A stretch of DNA of 64,000 nt from Macrostomum lignano. Lineage: Eukaryota. The position numbers and the translations under genes are program-made. The stretch lies in assembly GCA_002269645.1 (NCBI GenBank), contig NIVC01001570.1, forward strand, positions 1 to 64,000, in the 5' to 3' direction. Position 1 is the stretch's first letter. The number at the start of each line of letters is the position of its first letter. The notes under the pieces are model-generated. The model had not been told where the DNA came from, did not search any database, and worked only from the letters and a program-made list of their open reading frames with translations. This document shows, one piece after another, positions 1-16,538 of this stretch.

Positions 1-1942
1 CGAAGTCTATGTTCCGCCACGAACGCGTACCGTTTTTTGGGCTACATTATCAACGAACAAGGGCGTATAGAGTCTGACCCGGGAAGCTAGCTGCGATAAA
101 CAACACGCCAGTGCCCAAGAACGTAACCGAACTGCGCTCATTCCTAGGTCTGATCAACTACCACTCGAATTTCGTCCCAGACCTTGCGACTGTAACTGAG
201 CCACTAAGAAGGCTAACGAGACAAAACCAACGATTCGCCTGGACAAACGATCAACAAGGAGCGTTTGACGAGACAAAAAATTGCTGCAAGAACAGCTAGA
301 ACTCGCAATTTTCGACCCGAACCTGGTTACAATCCTAACCACCGATGCTTCCGACGTGGGAATCGGAGCGGTGCTGGCACAGCGGCAGCCGGATGGTGCA
401 GAAGTTCCGATCGCATTCGCCTCCCATACCCTATCCGAACGGGAGCGCAACTACGCTGTCAACGAGCGCGAAGCCCTTGCGTGTGTCTGGGCATGCGAGC
501 ACTTTGCCAAGTATCTAATTGGTCGACACTTCATACTACAAACAGACCACTCAGCACTAACAAGTTTGCTGCAGCACCACAGCAACAAAACGAAGTCTGC
601 AAAATTTACCCGGTGGCTAGTACGACTATCTGAGTTCGACTATGCGATTGAGTACAAACCAGGAAGCACGAACCGAGTGGCTGACGCACTCTCACGACTA
701 CCAGTTGACGATGGGGCGAAGTGCGTCGACATCGAAGACGAGCTGACGATCAAAAGAATTCTGGCCTCAAATTCGAATAACATTTGTGCAAGAAGTCTCC
801 AGGAGCTCACGAAAACCGACGAAACACTCCAGAAGGTCGCGGAGGCGATAAAGAGCTCTAGGACCATTGACAAAACGCAACCAGAGCTCAGGCCATTTGC
901 ACAGGTCCAACACGAACTGACAACTGCAAACGGAATTTTGTTTCGAGCTGAGAAAATCATTCCACCGAACAAACTGAGACAACAAATTCTAAGGCGTGCC
1001 CACGAAGGTCACCCTGGAATAGTACAAATGAAGCGATTGCTACGACCAGCTTACTGGTGGCCTGGCATGGACGATGCAATCACAAACCATGTAAAATTCT
1101 GCCTACCCTGTCAGGACAGCGCCAAAGCACACAAGACCATCGTACCGGACGGCGGACCAATCGACAAACCTGACCGACCTTGGTCAAAGCTGGCGATCGA
1201 CATCACCGGCCCTTTTGCGACCGCCCCTCACAATCAGCGGTTCATTGTCGTACTAATAGATTATTTTTCATCATACCCAGAAGTCCTGCTAACTGGAGAG
1301 ACGAGCTCGCCCAGGATAATCAAGTGGCCAACTGAGGTGTTCGATAGGTTCGGAAATCCTGATACGCTTGTTTCGGACAACGGAAGCAGTTTCGTGTCCA
1401 AGGAGATGAAGGAATTTCTGGCCACCCGAGACATACGGCAAGAATGCGTCCCACTTTACGAGCCGCGAAGAAACGGGAAAGTGGAGGTATTCAACAGAAC
1501 ACTGAAACATGCTGCTCAGACGTTTGAAGCAGACAAGAAAAGCTTCGAGAACGGAATACAGCAAACGCTATTTAGCTACCGCGCTACACCAAACGAAAAA
1601 AGGGACTCCCCAGCAAAACTTTTGCTCGGCAGGAACATCCGAACAAACTTTCAACCCCGACAATCTATGGACAAGCCGGGTACAATACCAGATTTCATGG
1701 CCAATCGAGGACACCACACGACTTTCCGGAAGCATTTCAAAGTCGGCGACCTACATGTAGTACGCATACGATTGCTCCACGTACCAAAGGGCAAGTCGCC
1801 ATTCACCTCCACCTTCCGCATCGACAAAGTCGTTGGAAACTTCACCTACCGGCTGGACAACGGGAAGATTTGGACAGCCCGAAACCTGGTTCCGTTCAGG
1901 CACCCACCACCGGCAGCAGTGGAGGTAAGCGGACATGCCTAG
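1..1942 (+). mobile_element. Ty3/gypsy LTR retrotransposon pol remnant (RT C-terminus, RNase H, integrase), frameshifted
   Basis: RT thumb LRSFLGLINY (ORF 111-299), RNase H TDASDVGIGAVL and TDHSAL, integrase HHCC (HEGH...CLPC) and DDE (IDITG, SDNG) in RT-RH-IN order. Frame change near the A-run at ~275-281. Confidence 0.95.
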
Positions 1943-2043
1943 TAGTATACAGCAGCAGCCTCAGCGCCGGTCGGAACGTCGGAACAAAGGCATCCCAGCC
2001 GAACGATGGATCTGTCAAATCTGAACTGTAACGCGAGCTTTTT

Positions 2044-2058
2044 GAGGGAAGGGGAAGA
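2044..2058 (+). other. Polypurine tract of the gypsy element
   Basis: GAGGGAAGGGGAAGA immediately precedes the TG start of the LTR. Confidence 0.8.
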
Positions 2059-2613
2059 TGATGTGTGGCTGTGAGCAGCCACGTATCAGTTTATGGGTAA
2101 ACGCTTGGCTTACAGGCCCTCAATTGATAAAATGCGTACGAGCGGCAAGATAGATAGAAACAAAGAGTATTGAGGTCGCCTAGTATAGAGTGCCAATAAG
2201 GATGAAAATCTGAAGCCGGTTTTTAGAATCCACCCACCCCCTCCGGTCACCAAGCTTTTTAGTCTATGGCACAAGTTGTGTATCGACGACGGCAACTGAG
2301 TCTGAGCGATGTTGTCTTGCTTATTTGATACATGCATTTTCTAAGTGTGAAATGTCTTATATTTCTGAGCATCGGCTTTGTACACTATTCTAGCCACAAC
2401 TTGTGCCATAGACTAAAAAGCTTGGTGACCGGAGGGGGTGGGTGGATTCTAAAAATAGGCTTCAGATTTTCTTCCTTATTGGCACTCTATACTAGGCGAC
2501 CTCAATACTCTTTGGATAGGAACAAGCACGAAACGATTGACGAGCTCTTGCTTTATTTCAACAAATATACGAGTAACGAACCAACGATTTAAACACGACT
2601 CCCAAACACATCA
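2059..2613 (+). mobile_element. 3' LTR of the gypsy element, interrupted by a MITE
   Basis: Starts TGATGTGT right after the PPT and ends ACACATCA (perfect 8-bp terminal inverted repeat). Confidence 0.8.
2161..2514. mobile_element. MITE (hAT-like), 354 bp with ~120-bp terminal inverted repeats
   Basis: 2161-2280 and 2395-2514 are near-perfect inverted repeats (CAAAGAG...CTCTTTG). Flanks GATAGAAA/GATAGGAA form an 8-bp TSD with one mismatch. Confidence 0.8.
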
Positions 2614-3387
2614 GCTATGTCTGAGATTTTGAGGTTTCGTTATTCTAAGGTAAAGTTTTGATGGCTAATATAAAATAAAGTATAGATCGGTATATGAAAA
2701 AACATGCACCCCACATGGCTCCAAAAATATAGCGGAGCAACATGTAACAACAAGAACAACAAAGTCTTTGAGCTGTATTGGTGATGACTCATCGTCTCCT
2801 CAACCATGCTACAGAAAAAGACAGCAGAGATCGTGTCGCTTGGACCAGATCGAGCGACTTCTGGCTTTAATTTTTCAGAGATACGTCATAGAATATAATT
2901 ACAACGCTGGTGAAAGGATTATACTTAATATTTATACCACTATGAAATGAATAACGCATAAACAATTAAATTAAATCCTACAGGAGCAAACAGTTCGTCT
3001 AGCAGATATTTATTCTTGACTGTCAACTCTTAACGGCTTTAAACGCACTATTAAAACACAATCAGTTACCTAATGTGTAATTGGAGCAATTTTAGGAGAA
3101 AAACGGAGAGTATTATTTTTACAAGCGTAATTAATTTTTGTTTATTTTAGAATATCAACAACACATATTGTGTTACTATTTTATTTTAAATATCGTCAAC
3201 GTCAGCTTCAATTTAAATAATTTCGTCGAATACAGTCAGCTGCGCGTACTGCCAAACAGAACGAAGACTCCAAGATCGTTTAGTATAGCTTTTATAAGAG
3301 AAGTAATCTTTATTCCATTGTTTTTTGTTGGTGCTTAAGTTGTTAAGTGTTTACCAATATATTTCAAGCAATTAACTTTCGTCAGAG

Positions 3388-3486
3388 ATGGCAGACACAC
3401 ATGAGATCGACCCTCTTTTTGAAGTAAAAAATAATTTTTATCTTGGAAATTATCAGCAGTGCATAAATGAATGCCAGAAAGTCAAG
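3388..3486 (+). CDS. COPE: Coatomer subunit epsilon, exon 1
   Basis: [33 protein letters not shown] followed by a GTATG donor; typical epsilon-COP N-terminus. Confidence 0.92.
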
Positions 3487-3913
3487 GTATGAAAAATGAC
3501 GTTGAAACTGTATACTAAACTATTTTTATTTCTCATTGTCTTTGTGCTTAAAAAGTCATTGTTAAATTTAAGCATGCAATTTTACAATTTGATGTTGTCT
3601 ATTCAAAATTTTGTGGTATTACATGAGTCAAAATATTATTTTTTATATATCTTTGTTGGTCGAGGTAGCAAGTGGAATTAAAGATTGAAAGGATATTTCT
3701 GCAATAAAATAGTATCTACCTCTTATATAGGCCTAATCATTTCTTTTTTGTAGAAAATTGAAATTTTGATATTGTTTAAATTAAATCAATATTAGGTGCA
3801 ATTTTGTATAGGTTTTATACTCTAAAAGATGTTATTCACACTAGAGTAGAATTTTCCTATGTGCATTAGGTTCTAGCAAAAATTCTAGTGAGCATTCAAC
3901 ATAATCTAGAGTA

Positions 3914-4489
3914 CCAGGTTGCGGATGGTATGCATGTACGCCGGAACTTTTCCGGCGTACAAAACGGCCACCCTAAGTCCTTGGCGTACACAATCGGCGT
4001 ACACAACCCCTAGCGCACTTTGTTGGCGTAGACTATTGGCGTACACAAGTAACACAGCCACGTATACTTTTTTGGCATACAAATTTTGGTGAATAAATTC
4101 ATGCCATGCATGAAAATTGTAATATAAATTAACATTTTTAAGTAAAGTAAAGGAAAATTAATATCGTCAGTGATAAACTTTTAGCTTCTTTTAAATTAAT
4201 AATAAATAAAATTAGTGTAATTTTTTGCTAAGAGTATTAATTTTGCATCATCTTTTTTGTAGGTATAATTTAGCTTTGTTTAAATTGAAAATATTCGTAA
4301 TATTTTAAAAACACTTTTCATATGAAAGCCTTTCTTAGAAAACTCTACTCGTGAAAACCAAATGACCTTTTTTAGGAATTTTTGGTGTACATTTTAGTGC
4401 AACTTTTTGTTTTTGGCGTACACTGGCGTACAAAGTCCTTGACACCCGAATTTTTTCCGGCGTACACGGGTACATGATCCGCACACTGG
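3914..4489. mobile_element. Non-autonomous DNA transposon/MITE in COPE intron 1
   Basis: Imperfect TIRs CCAGGTTGCGGAT / ATCCGCACACTGG, exact 8-bp TSD CTAGAGTA (3906-3913, 4490-4497) and subterminal GGCGTACA motifs at both ends. Confidence 0.8.
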
Positions 4490-4939
4490 CTAGAGTAGGG
4501 CCTTGCCTTAGGGTTTGGTTAGGCTAAATTTAAATGTGCAATTATTTAGGTAAACTGTAGTATTAAATTTTTATTTCAACTAATATATTAATATAAAATA
4601 CTACTAATTGCATATTACTATAAAGAATTCATTAATGGTATCTTATTATGCTTAAAAATGTATCACCTTTGCAGCCTAGAATATAGATTTCAAAGATAGA
4701 TTTAAAATATATAAAAGACCAATGATGAAATTTTTGTACAAAATCATAGATATATAAGAGGCATTACAAAAGTTTTTAGCTACATCTAAATAGAAGCAGC
4801 TATGAAGTTGAAATTTTCATTGCTTCTCAAAGTGAGCAGACACTAGTATTCTAGGCTGCAGTCACCATGCACTGATCTAGCAACCACACAGTCGCAATGT
4901 GCCTAAGCGACAGAAAAAAGTCGCGACCATTTGCTTGCT

Positions 4940-5240
4940 GGTGCTCCTGTGTAACTAGTCAGCTTGCATAAGCCGATGTGATTGTGAAGGATTTTGGCAA
5001 TTGCCAGCAAATGGATGCCCAGGGATGTCTCAATCTCCTTGTAGGTTATCTGCCTATCAGCTTCAACTAGCTGGCAGACACGAGAAACTGTTTCTGGTAT
5101 TATGACAGTTGAAGGTAGGCCTGTACACTCCTCAACTTCCAATGAGTCTTGGCCACAACAAAACTTGTAGAACCATTTGCTGATGGTCACAAGCAATGGA
5201 TCAGCTTTTGTGACATTGGTGGCAATCAAGGCTGCTGCAA
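4940..5240 (-). pseudogene. Mariner transposase relic (N-terminal HTH region)
   Basis: KWFYKF..GQDSLE.EECTGLPSTVIIPETVSRVCQLVEADRQITYKEIETSLGI...ILHNHIGLCKL matches the mariner N-terminal pattern; no DD34D domain seen. Confidence 0.7.
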
Positions 5241-6914
5241 TAATCACAAAAGATCATAGCACAAAAGTGCTTGCAAGTCTAAGGTTTAATGTACACTGGG
5301 TTTAATGCCAGAAAAAATGACAAGACCTCATTTGTGAGCTAGGTTTGTGCACCAATACAAAAAATTATGATTTGACACAATATATACATGTTATATATGC
5401 TGGGATATACCCTAATACATATTAAAAAATGGTTAGACCCTTGTTGTATGTTGGGAAATCCCAATGTATGCCAATCCTAGGAAATCCCAGCAGTTGTGTT
5501 GCCTTCTGAACTATGGCTTGGCTTGGCATATAGCTTGGCATACAAAGATTGCTAAGATAGCAAGTGGAACCAAGTTCCGAGTCCCTAGTCATTTTTTGTC
5601 TAGTTAGTGTACAAAAATAACTAAGTTTAATTTTAGCATAGCCTCTGTATGCATAGTTCAAGTAGCTAAATTTTGGTCTAAAAAGAATATTTTGATCTAA
5701 AAAAGAATATCTCCTAGAAATGAATAAAAAACTGAATTTAAAAATGTGAACTCAACTTTTAAAAAAATGTAAAGCTAAAACAAAAACATTTAAAATAAAC
5801 TAGTTGTTTACAGTTCAATAGAATAGTAGTAAGTTTCTATTTACCTATTTTTGCAAAGATAAAAAAATCACAAACTTCAAAATATAGTTTTTAATGTTTT
5901 GTTTTTGTCTTGGCATATTTTTATGTGTGATATAAGTCCTTTAGCATACATAGGCATATAGGGGCTAGGAAAGCAAATTTTGTTCTGGCATACATAGGTA
6001 CATGATCCTGAAACTTGGTGGTGAGGTCCCTTGTTGGATTTGATGGTAGCAGTGCCATTATTGCTAGCCACAAGGAGGGAGGAGCACAGTCTCCCCCCCC
6101 CCCCTTAAATTTGCCCTTGGTGCATTGTGCATGAAGATAATTACAAATTTGTATGCCAAGGTCTACATTCAAATTGTCAAATATATAGCTAGACTACAAT
6201 GCCAATAGGCCCTAACATTAGAAAATCTAATAAAATACAAAATAACACAAAGCTCAAAATAGCAGCTAAATACTTGAAGTTTATATATGAGCTATATATG
6301 CATTTTTTAAATTATGTTTTATTTTAGGTTATATAAAAAATTGCATAATTAAAACTAGTGGAAACTTTATAGAAAAGCAGTGGCAAATCTAGAATTTAAT
6401 TTTTGGGGGATAGTCCAAGTTTTGGGCACCAACATAAGTATGAAGGGTGCCAATTTTTAAGCTAAGGGGCACAAATATGCATGTTTGGAGCAAAAAATCA
6501 AGTTTAGAGGCCAAAAAATGTGTGTAAAGAGTGAAAAATCAAGTTTAAAGGGCACAGATTTAGATTTTTAGGGAGCACAATATGTTCTATCAAAGTATTT
6601 TGGTTGGGGGGGGGGAGGCAACCATCTAAAATTTTACATGCTGCATATATCAATGATACACTTTGTGATACAATTACATCAATTTCCAATTCATGTTGCC
6701 GAGAGATCATTTAAAATGTTGACACCTCAATCTTTGCATGCTTTATTTTTATCAATTTTCATTAAATAACGATTTAATAAAAGTTGACATTTTGTACTTT
6801 AAAAATTCTGAATTGCATCTAAAGTGCTAACAATAGAATTTGCGACTCTAGTGACGTGATGGCAACTTAGTGGTACAAATTCACCTGTGGATGACTCAAA
6901 TTCCAATTCCATAG

Positions 6915-7181
6915 ACAGCCGACAGTCAGCTGACCACTCAGCGCGATGCATTTCTTTACCGAGCCTACATTGGCCAGCGCAAATACGCTGTAGTGCTGGA
7001 CGCTGTGAACCGGAGCTCAGCAGCTGAGCTGCAGTCTGTCCGGCTGCTGGCCGACTATTTGGCTTCGCCGGACAAGCGGCCGTCGATTCTCGCCAGCCTG
7101 AATGAGAAAATGAGCGGCAGTCTGGGCGAGAATGATTATATCAGTCTGCTCATGGCGGCCACCGTGTTCCTCTATGAGAAT
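6915..7181 (+). CDS. COPE: Coatomer subunit epsilon, exon 2
   Basis: ATAG acceptor; TADSQLTTQRDAFLYRAYIGQRKYAVVLDAVNRSSAAELQSVRLLADYL...FLYEN; GTGAGA donor; phase 0. Confidence 0.93.
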
Positions 7182-7194
7182 GTGAGACATGGGA

Positions 7195-7600
7195 ACAGCT
7201 CCCAGATCCTCAGTTGCTGGGCCAGCCTCCCAGATCCTCAGTTGTTGGGCTACCAGCCTCCCAGATCCTCAGTTGCTGGGCCAGCCTCCCAGAACTCAGT
7301 TGTTGGGCTACCAGCCTCCCAGATCCTCAGTTGCTGGGCCAGCCTCCCAGATCCTCAGTTGTTGGGCTACAAGCCTCGCAGATCATCAGTTGTTGGGCCA
7401 GCCTCTCAGATCCTCAGTTGCTGGGCCAGCCTCCCAGATCCTCAGTTACTGGGCCAGCCTCCCAGATCCTCAGTTACTGGGCCAGCCTCCCAGATCCTCA
7501 GTTACTGGGCCAGCCTCCCAGATCCTCAGTTACTGGGTCAGCCTCCCAGATCCTCAGTTACTGGGCCAGCCTCCCAGATCCTCAGTTGCTGGGCCAGCCT
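7195..7600 (+). repeat. 28-bp minisatellite (GGGCCAGCCTCCCAGATCCTCAGTTGCT) in COPE intron 2
   Basis: Tandem units visible; they generate spurious repetitive ORFs. Confidence 0.9.
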
Positions 7601-7686
7601 TCAACATCTTTAGTTCCTCGCTATTTCTTAGATACAGCTCATAAAAATAACAATGTAAAAATATTTTCCCAAACCCCCTTTCCAAG

Positions 7687-7812
7687 GACTCCGACTCTGC
7701 GCTGCGCCTGCTGCACCAGACTGAGCACATCGAGTGCCTGGCCCTGGCCATCCAGACTCTGCTCTCCATCGATCGGCCGGACGTGGCCCGCAAAGAGCTG
7801 GCCAGAATGCAG
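7687..7812 (+). CDS. COPE: Coatomer subunit epsilon, exon 3
   Basis: DSDSALRLLHQTEHIECLALAIQTLLSIDRPDVARKELARMQ between CCAAG acceptor and GTTGG donor; phase 0. Confidence 0.92.
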
Positions 7813-8220
7813 GTTGGCTAGCGAATTTTTTTTAATAATTACATATTAAATTAATCACTGCATGTACTCGGACTTACTATTAGTAGCTTAGTAGTACTAT
7901 TTGCCGATTTTTTTGCATAAAAACTGTCAATTTCCTGTTTATAAAGTTTGTATAATATTTAGTATTATTAGTATCGAATATATTAATTTCTTTTGACTAT
8001 ACTATAAACTTTAGGCTTTCTCGGAGGTACGTATTTTAATTTTAGTCTAACTGGTTTAATATTTATTTGTTTATAGTTAAATGTTGCATAAAATTGCTGT
8101 AATTTATCGTTGGGGTCTCAGTTGAACTAGTTAATGTTGATTTTTATTGCTACTAACAAATCAGTAGCATAGCGAATATTTATGTATCGAATTCTAAAAG
8201 AAAGTATCAAAACACAACAG

Positions 8221-8583
8221 GCAGTAGACGAGGACTCCACGCTGACCCAGCTAGCCACTGCTCAAGTTGGCATTCACTCTGGAGGCGGTGAGAAACTACA
8301 GGACGCATTTTACGCCTATCAAGAGTTGATTGACAAGTATGGCAGCACCAGTTCTCTGCTCAATGGCAAGGCTTCAGCTCTCATGTGTCTTGGCCGCTGG
8401 GAGGAGGCCGAGCCCGTGCTGCAGGAGGCTCTGGACAAAGACTGCAATCACCCGGACACGCTTGTTAATATGATTGTGCTGTCGCAGCATCTGGGCAAGG
8501 AGGCCGACGTGTGCGGTCGGTATGTGTCTCAGTTGAAGGACTCGTACCGGTCGCATCCCTGGGTGCAGGACTTCATTGCCAAG
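8221..8583 (+). CDS. COPE: Coatomer subunit epsilon, exon 4
   Basis: AVDEDSTLTQLATA...GGEKLQDAFYAYQEL...LQEALDKD.NHPDTLVNMIVLSQHLGK...SHPWVQDFIAK; canonical splice sites. Confidence 0.96.
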
Positions 8584-8594
8584 GTATGAGTGTA

Positions 8595-9660
8595 GCTGCT
8601 TGTTTCTGTCTGTGTTTGTGTCTGTTTCTGTCTGTGTTTGTGTCTGTTTCTGTCTGTATTTGTGTCTGTTTCTGTCTGTGTTTGTTATCTGTTTCTGGCT
8701 GTTTTGTTATCTGTTTCTGTCTGTGTTTGTTATTAGTTTCTATCTGTATTGGTGTCTGTTTCTGTCTGTATTGGTGTCTGTTTCTGTCTGTATTTGTGTC
8801 TGTTTCTGTCTGTATTGGTGTCTGTTTCTGTCTGTATTGGTGTCTGTTTCTGTCTATATTTGTGTCTGTTTCTGTCTGTGTTTGTTTCTGTTTCTGTCTG
8901 TATTTGTGTCTGTTTCTGTCTGTATTTGTGTCTGTTTCTGTCTGTATTAGTGTCTGTTTCTGTCTGTGTTTGTTATCTGTTTCTGGCTGTTTTGTTATCT
9001 GTTTCTGTCTGTGTTTGTTATTAGTTTCTATCTGTATTGGTGTCTGTTTCTGTCTGTATTGGTGTCTGTTTCTGTCTGTATTTGTGTCTGTTTCTGTCTG
9101 TATTTGTGTCTGTTTCTGTCTGTATTGGTGTCTGTTTCTGTCTGTGTTTGTTATCTGTTTCTGGCTGTTTTGTTATCTGTTTCTGTCTGTGTTTGTTATT
9201 AGTTTCTGTCTGCATTGGTGTCTGTTTCTGTCTGTATTTGTGTCTGTTTCTGTCTGTATTTGTGTCTGTTTCTGTCTGTATTGGTGTCTGTTTCTGTCTG
9301 TATTGGTGTCTGTTTCTGTCTATATTTGTGTCTGTTTCTGTCTGTATTTGTGTCTGTTTCTGTCTGTATTAGTGTCTGTTTCTGTCTGTGTTTGTTTCTG
9401 TTTCTGTCTGTATTTGTGTCTGTTTCTGTCTGTATTTGTGTCTGTTTCTGTCTGTATTAGTGTCTGTTTCTGTCTGTTTGTTATCTGTTTCTGGCTGTTT
9501 TGTTATCTGTTTCTGTCTGTGTTTGTTATTAGTTTCTGTCTGCATTGGTGTCTGTTTCTGTCTGTCTGTATTTGTCTGTATTATTGTCTGTTTCTGTCTG
9601 TCTGTATTTGTCTGTATTATTGTCTGTTTCTGTCTGTCCGTATTTCTATCTGTTTCTGCT
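8595..9660 (+). repeat. Compound TGTCTGTTTC/TGTATT minisatellite filling COPE intron 4
   Basis: ~1.05 kb of T/G-rich tandem variants with internal higher-order duplications. Confidence 0.9.
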
Positions 9661-9702
9661 AATCCTTCCTTACTATTTCTGTTCGGCAACTTCGCATTTC
9701 AG

Positions 9703-9759
9703 GAAGCGGAGTTCGATAAGATCAGTTCGAACTACCGGGAGTCGGTGGCCAGCAACTAG
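9703..9759 (+). CDS. COPE: Coatomer subunit epsilon, exon 5 (terminal)
   Basis: TTTCAG acceptor; EAEFDKISSNYRESVASN*; completes a 303-aa ORF. Confidence 0.88.
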   Translation, partial: EAEFDKISSNYRESVASN

Positions 9760-10889
9760 GTGCCATGGCGAGTGGTAAAATAGTTTTGAAAAAAAGACAT
9801 GCAAGACTCAAATTATTCCTTATTTGGTGACCCTTACCCGAAATCTTGTACGAGTTTGTGTGTTGAGTTTGTCTTCGTCATTATTCATATGCAACTTGGA
9901 CACTGTTGACTTTGACTACAATATAGATGTACTAATATGTACTAATACAATAGTATGTATTCAGTTAGAGCAAAGTCTTTTCTCGATAATTTGTTTGTCT
10001 GTTTATTATATCTGTTGGATCAAATATAAAAATTAGTGATGTTATTAAAATCAATGCCTAGCTAATAACTATATTCATGTTTTAGTGGTTACTGGGTCGA
10101 GTAAAACTATTGCTGTTTGTGACTTTGACATTGATTTTTTATATTTGACATTAAATGTCCTTCTGAAGAATAGTGTGTTGTCGCTAGTGACGGTTTCGGA
10201 ATGAGCGTTGCGAGGCACAACTAAAGGCTGCGTACGGCTGTTCAGTCCAAGGACTGGGGGGGGGGTCGCCACACACCCTCAATTACCTCAGCTAATGCTG
10301 GCACCCATTGTACAGCTGGGTGAACTGGTCCTACGCTCTAGCCACTAGGCTGCAAACCCCTACAACTGTGGAGCGAGTGCAAATTACTTGTGACGTCACG
10401 GGCTTTGTCCGAAGTCGTGATGATTTCATTGCTTTGAATTGATTCTCCGGGCCTGTGCTTTAGACGAAAGTAAACATCAATCTCGTATGTTTACTTATTA
10501 CATTGACTAACATTGAGAGGCAACTCGGAAAGCATAAATAGCTGTGCATTGATTAAGGAAGCAACGTTGACCTGCTAGCATTAAAGAGAGTCCCAAGATG
10601 CACATTACATGAAGGACGAGGTGGAGGGAGACAGCTGGGAAGGGAAGAAACATTAGAGCAGGGATCGAGGTGAATACTAGCTGCTTTCATTCTTTTTATG
10701 CTTATCAGAAAAGATTCTCTGATGAAGCTGGTTTTGATGGAGTCTGTCCGATCATGCATGTTGGCAGTAATACAGATAACAATTACAAAGAATTTGCAAT
10801 GAAGAATGAAGAATTTTACATCTTCTTGGCCTTAAATTTGTTTGTACTATCTCAACTGTCTTTCATAGGCACTTGCATGTAGGTCAACA

Positions 10890-10972
10890 CTCTCCCAGAT
10901 CCCCAGTTGCTGTTCCAGCCTCCTAGATCCCCAGTTGCTGGGTCAGCCTCCCAGATCCTCAGTTGCTGCTAA
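10890..10972 (+). repeat. Short array of the 28-bp CCCAGATCCTCAGTTGCT family
   Basis: About three degenerate units matching the 7195-7600 array. Confidence 0.7.
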
Positions 10973-11571
10973 GCGACCTGCTCGCCTGCACTTTTAAGAC
11001 TCAATTAACACTATAAGCCGGTAAATGTCTCTGTAATCTAGCTAACTTCTTTCTCAAGGTTCAGAGCAGTTCAGCGCATCTGACTCTCGCGGCGCGACCT
11101 TGTCTGCAGGCGATTCACAGCCCTGAGAGCCAACCTCCAAGGCACACAGAGTGTACATGCCTGACGATCTCGTAGAAGGTCAAAGGGACGCTGTTCACCG
11201 TGTGTGAGCGTGTGTGTAATGAGTGTGCAGTGCCTGCATACAGTATTGTCGCGCTTGTTTGTGCTCAGGATCAGTCAGCTGAATGGGCAGAATGGCCTGA
11301 TTGAACCCTATTGTAATTATCATTTTCCTCTTCCCAACGATTGTGTTGATAGTCAATATGTCGATGTGAAATTCAGTTCTCAAGATTCGAAGTATAAATG
11401 GAATGGTTACGCTCGTGTTAAAAATGCCATCCAATAAGGACGCAGGGCTACCCCCCCCCACCTCATCCTGTTCCTCTGGTTCATACTAGGGCATGCAGGA
11501 TTCAATCAGAACAGAGTGCTATCCACGGTGTTCCATTCGCAAGTCCATGCACAAGCACAGCCGCGACTGCA

Positions 11572-15290
<3,719 letters not shown>

Positions 15291-15499
15291 CTAACAGAAC
15301 CCGAATGCTCGTATATTGGATGCGTTCTTATTATCATAGATTAAAGATTGGCTAATATTGAAATCATAAATTTCTATTTACAATAGTTTAACTATCAATA
15401 GCTATTGTCGAAATTTTGCTGCAAGTTCATTGAAAGTCAAAATCTTTGAGCAATATCCTTAAAATATTTCATCTCTGTATTTCTATTTTTAGCTGCGAC

Positions 15500-16166
15500 G
15501 CATTTGTCGAAATTCCCTCAAAATTTCTGTCGAAAGTGAGTCGAAATTTCCGTCGAAAGTATGTCGAAATTTATGTTAAAAGTGTGTCGAAATTTCTTCC
15601 GAAAGTGAGTCGAAATTTCTGTCGAAAGAGTGTCGAAATTTCTGTCGAAAGAGTGTCGAAATTTCTGTCGAAAGAGTGTCGAAATTTCTGTCGAAAGAGT
15701 GTCGAAATTTCCGTCAAAAGTATGTCGAAATTCCTGTCGAAAGAGTGTCGAAATTTCCGTCAAAAGTATGTCGAAATTCCTGTCGAAAGAGTGTCGAAAT
15801 TTCCGTCAAAAGTATGTCGAAATTTCTGTCGAAAGTGTGTCGAAATTCCTGTCGAAAGTGTGTCGAAATTTCTGTCGAAAGAGTGTCGAAATTTCTGTCG
15901 AAAGAGTGTCGAAATTTCTGTCAAAAGAGTGTCGAAATTTCTGTCGAAAGTGTGTCGAAATTCCTGTCGAAAGTGTGTCGAAATTCCTGTCGAAAGTCTG
16001 TCGAAATTCCTGTCGAAAGTCTGTCGAAATTCCTGTCGAAAGAGTGTCAAAATTTCTGTCGAAAGAGTGTCGAAGTTTCTGTCGAAAGAGTGTCGAAATT
16101 TCTGTCAAAAGTGTGTCGAAATTCCTGTCGAAAGTGTGTCGAAATTCCTGTCGAAAGTGTCGAAAT
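15500..16166 (+). repeat. TGTCGAAA-based 11/12-bp satellite with ~23-bp dimeric period
   Basis: Alternating TGTCGAAATTT(C) and TGTCGAAAGAG units between two convergent gene ends. Confidence 0.9.
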
Positions 16167-16343
16167 TTAAGAAATTCATGTTTTAAGTTAAAACGAAAAT
16201 TGAAAATATTAAAATACATGTCGTGCTGGGCAGAACACAATATAAATAGCAAAAACTTTCAGAAACACTAAAGTTTGCATTTTTATTTTACCGATTGTTC
16301 ATTAATTTTTAAATTGTCCAGCAACAGGAAGAGGTCAAAAACT

Positions 16344-16448
16344 TCAGCTGGGATTTTCTAGCACCTGCTGTAGCCGCATCTCCAGGTGATCGATCTGTTC
16401 GGTCAGTGACGCCACCTGAGGGAAATCGTTGACATATCCTCGGTGTGT
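16344..16448 (-). CDS. VARS: Valyl-tRNA synthetase, terminal exon (coiled-coil arm)
   Basis: TATAG acceptor; THRGYVNDFPQVASLTEQIDHLEMRLQQVLENPS*; phase-compatible with the upstream exon. Confidence 0.7.
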   Translation of the reverse strand, partial: THRGYVNDFPQVASLTEQIDHLEMRLQQVLENPS

Positions 16449-16538
16449 CTATACACATTTTCCCATAGACATGCTTTCTCATACCTGACATCTCTTCACC
16501 ATCTCCTTTCCCTCCCTGGCTCACATAGAGACACTCAC

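Noticed and set aside
6375-6645. CAGTGGCAAATCTAG...GGGGG-type MITE remnant in COPE intron 1
   Set aside because: No matching right TIR or TSD could be identified.
10240-10345. GCTGGCACCCATTGTACAGCTGGGTGAACTGG motif resembling a LINE/SINE 3' tail
   Set aside because: Too short, with no boundaries, TSD or ORF to support a call.
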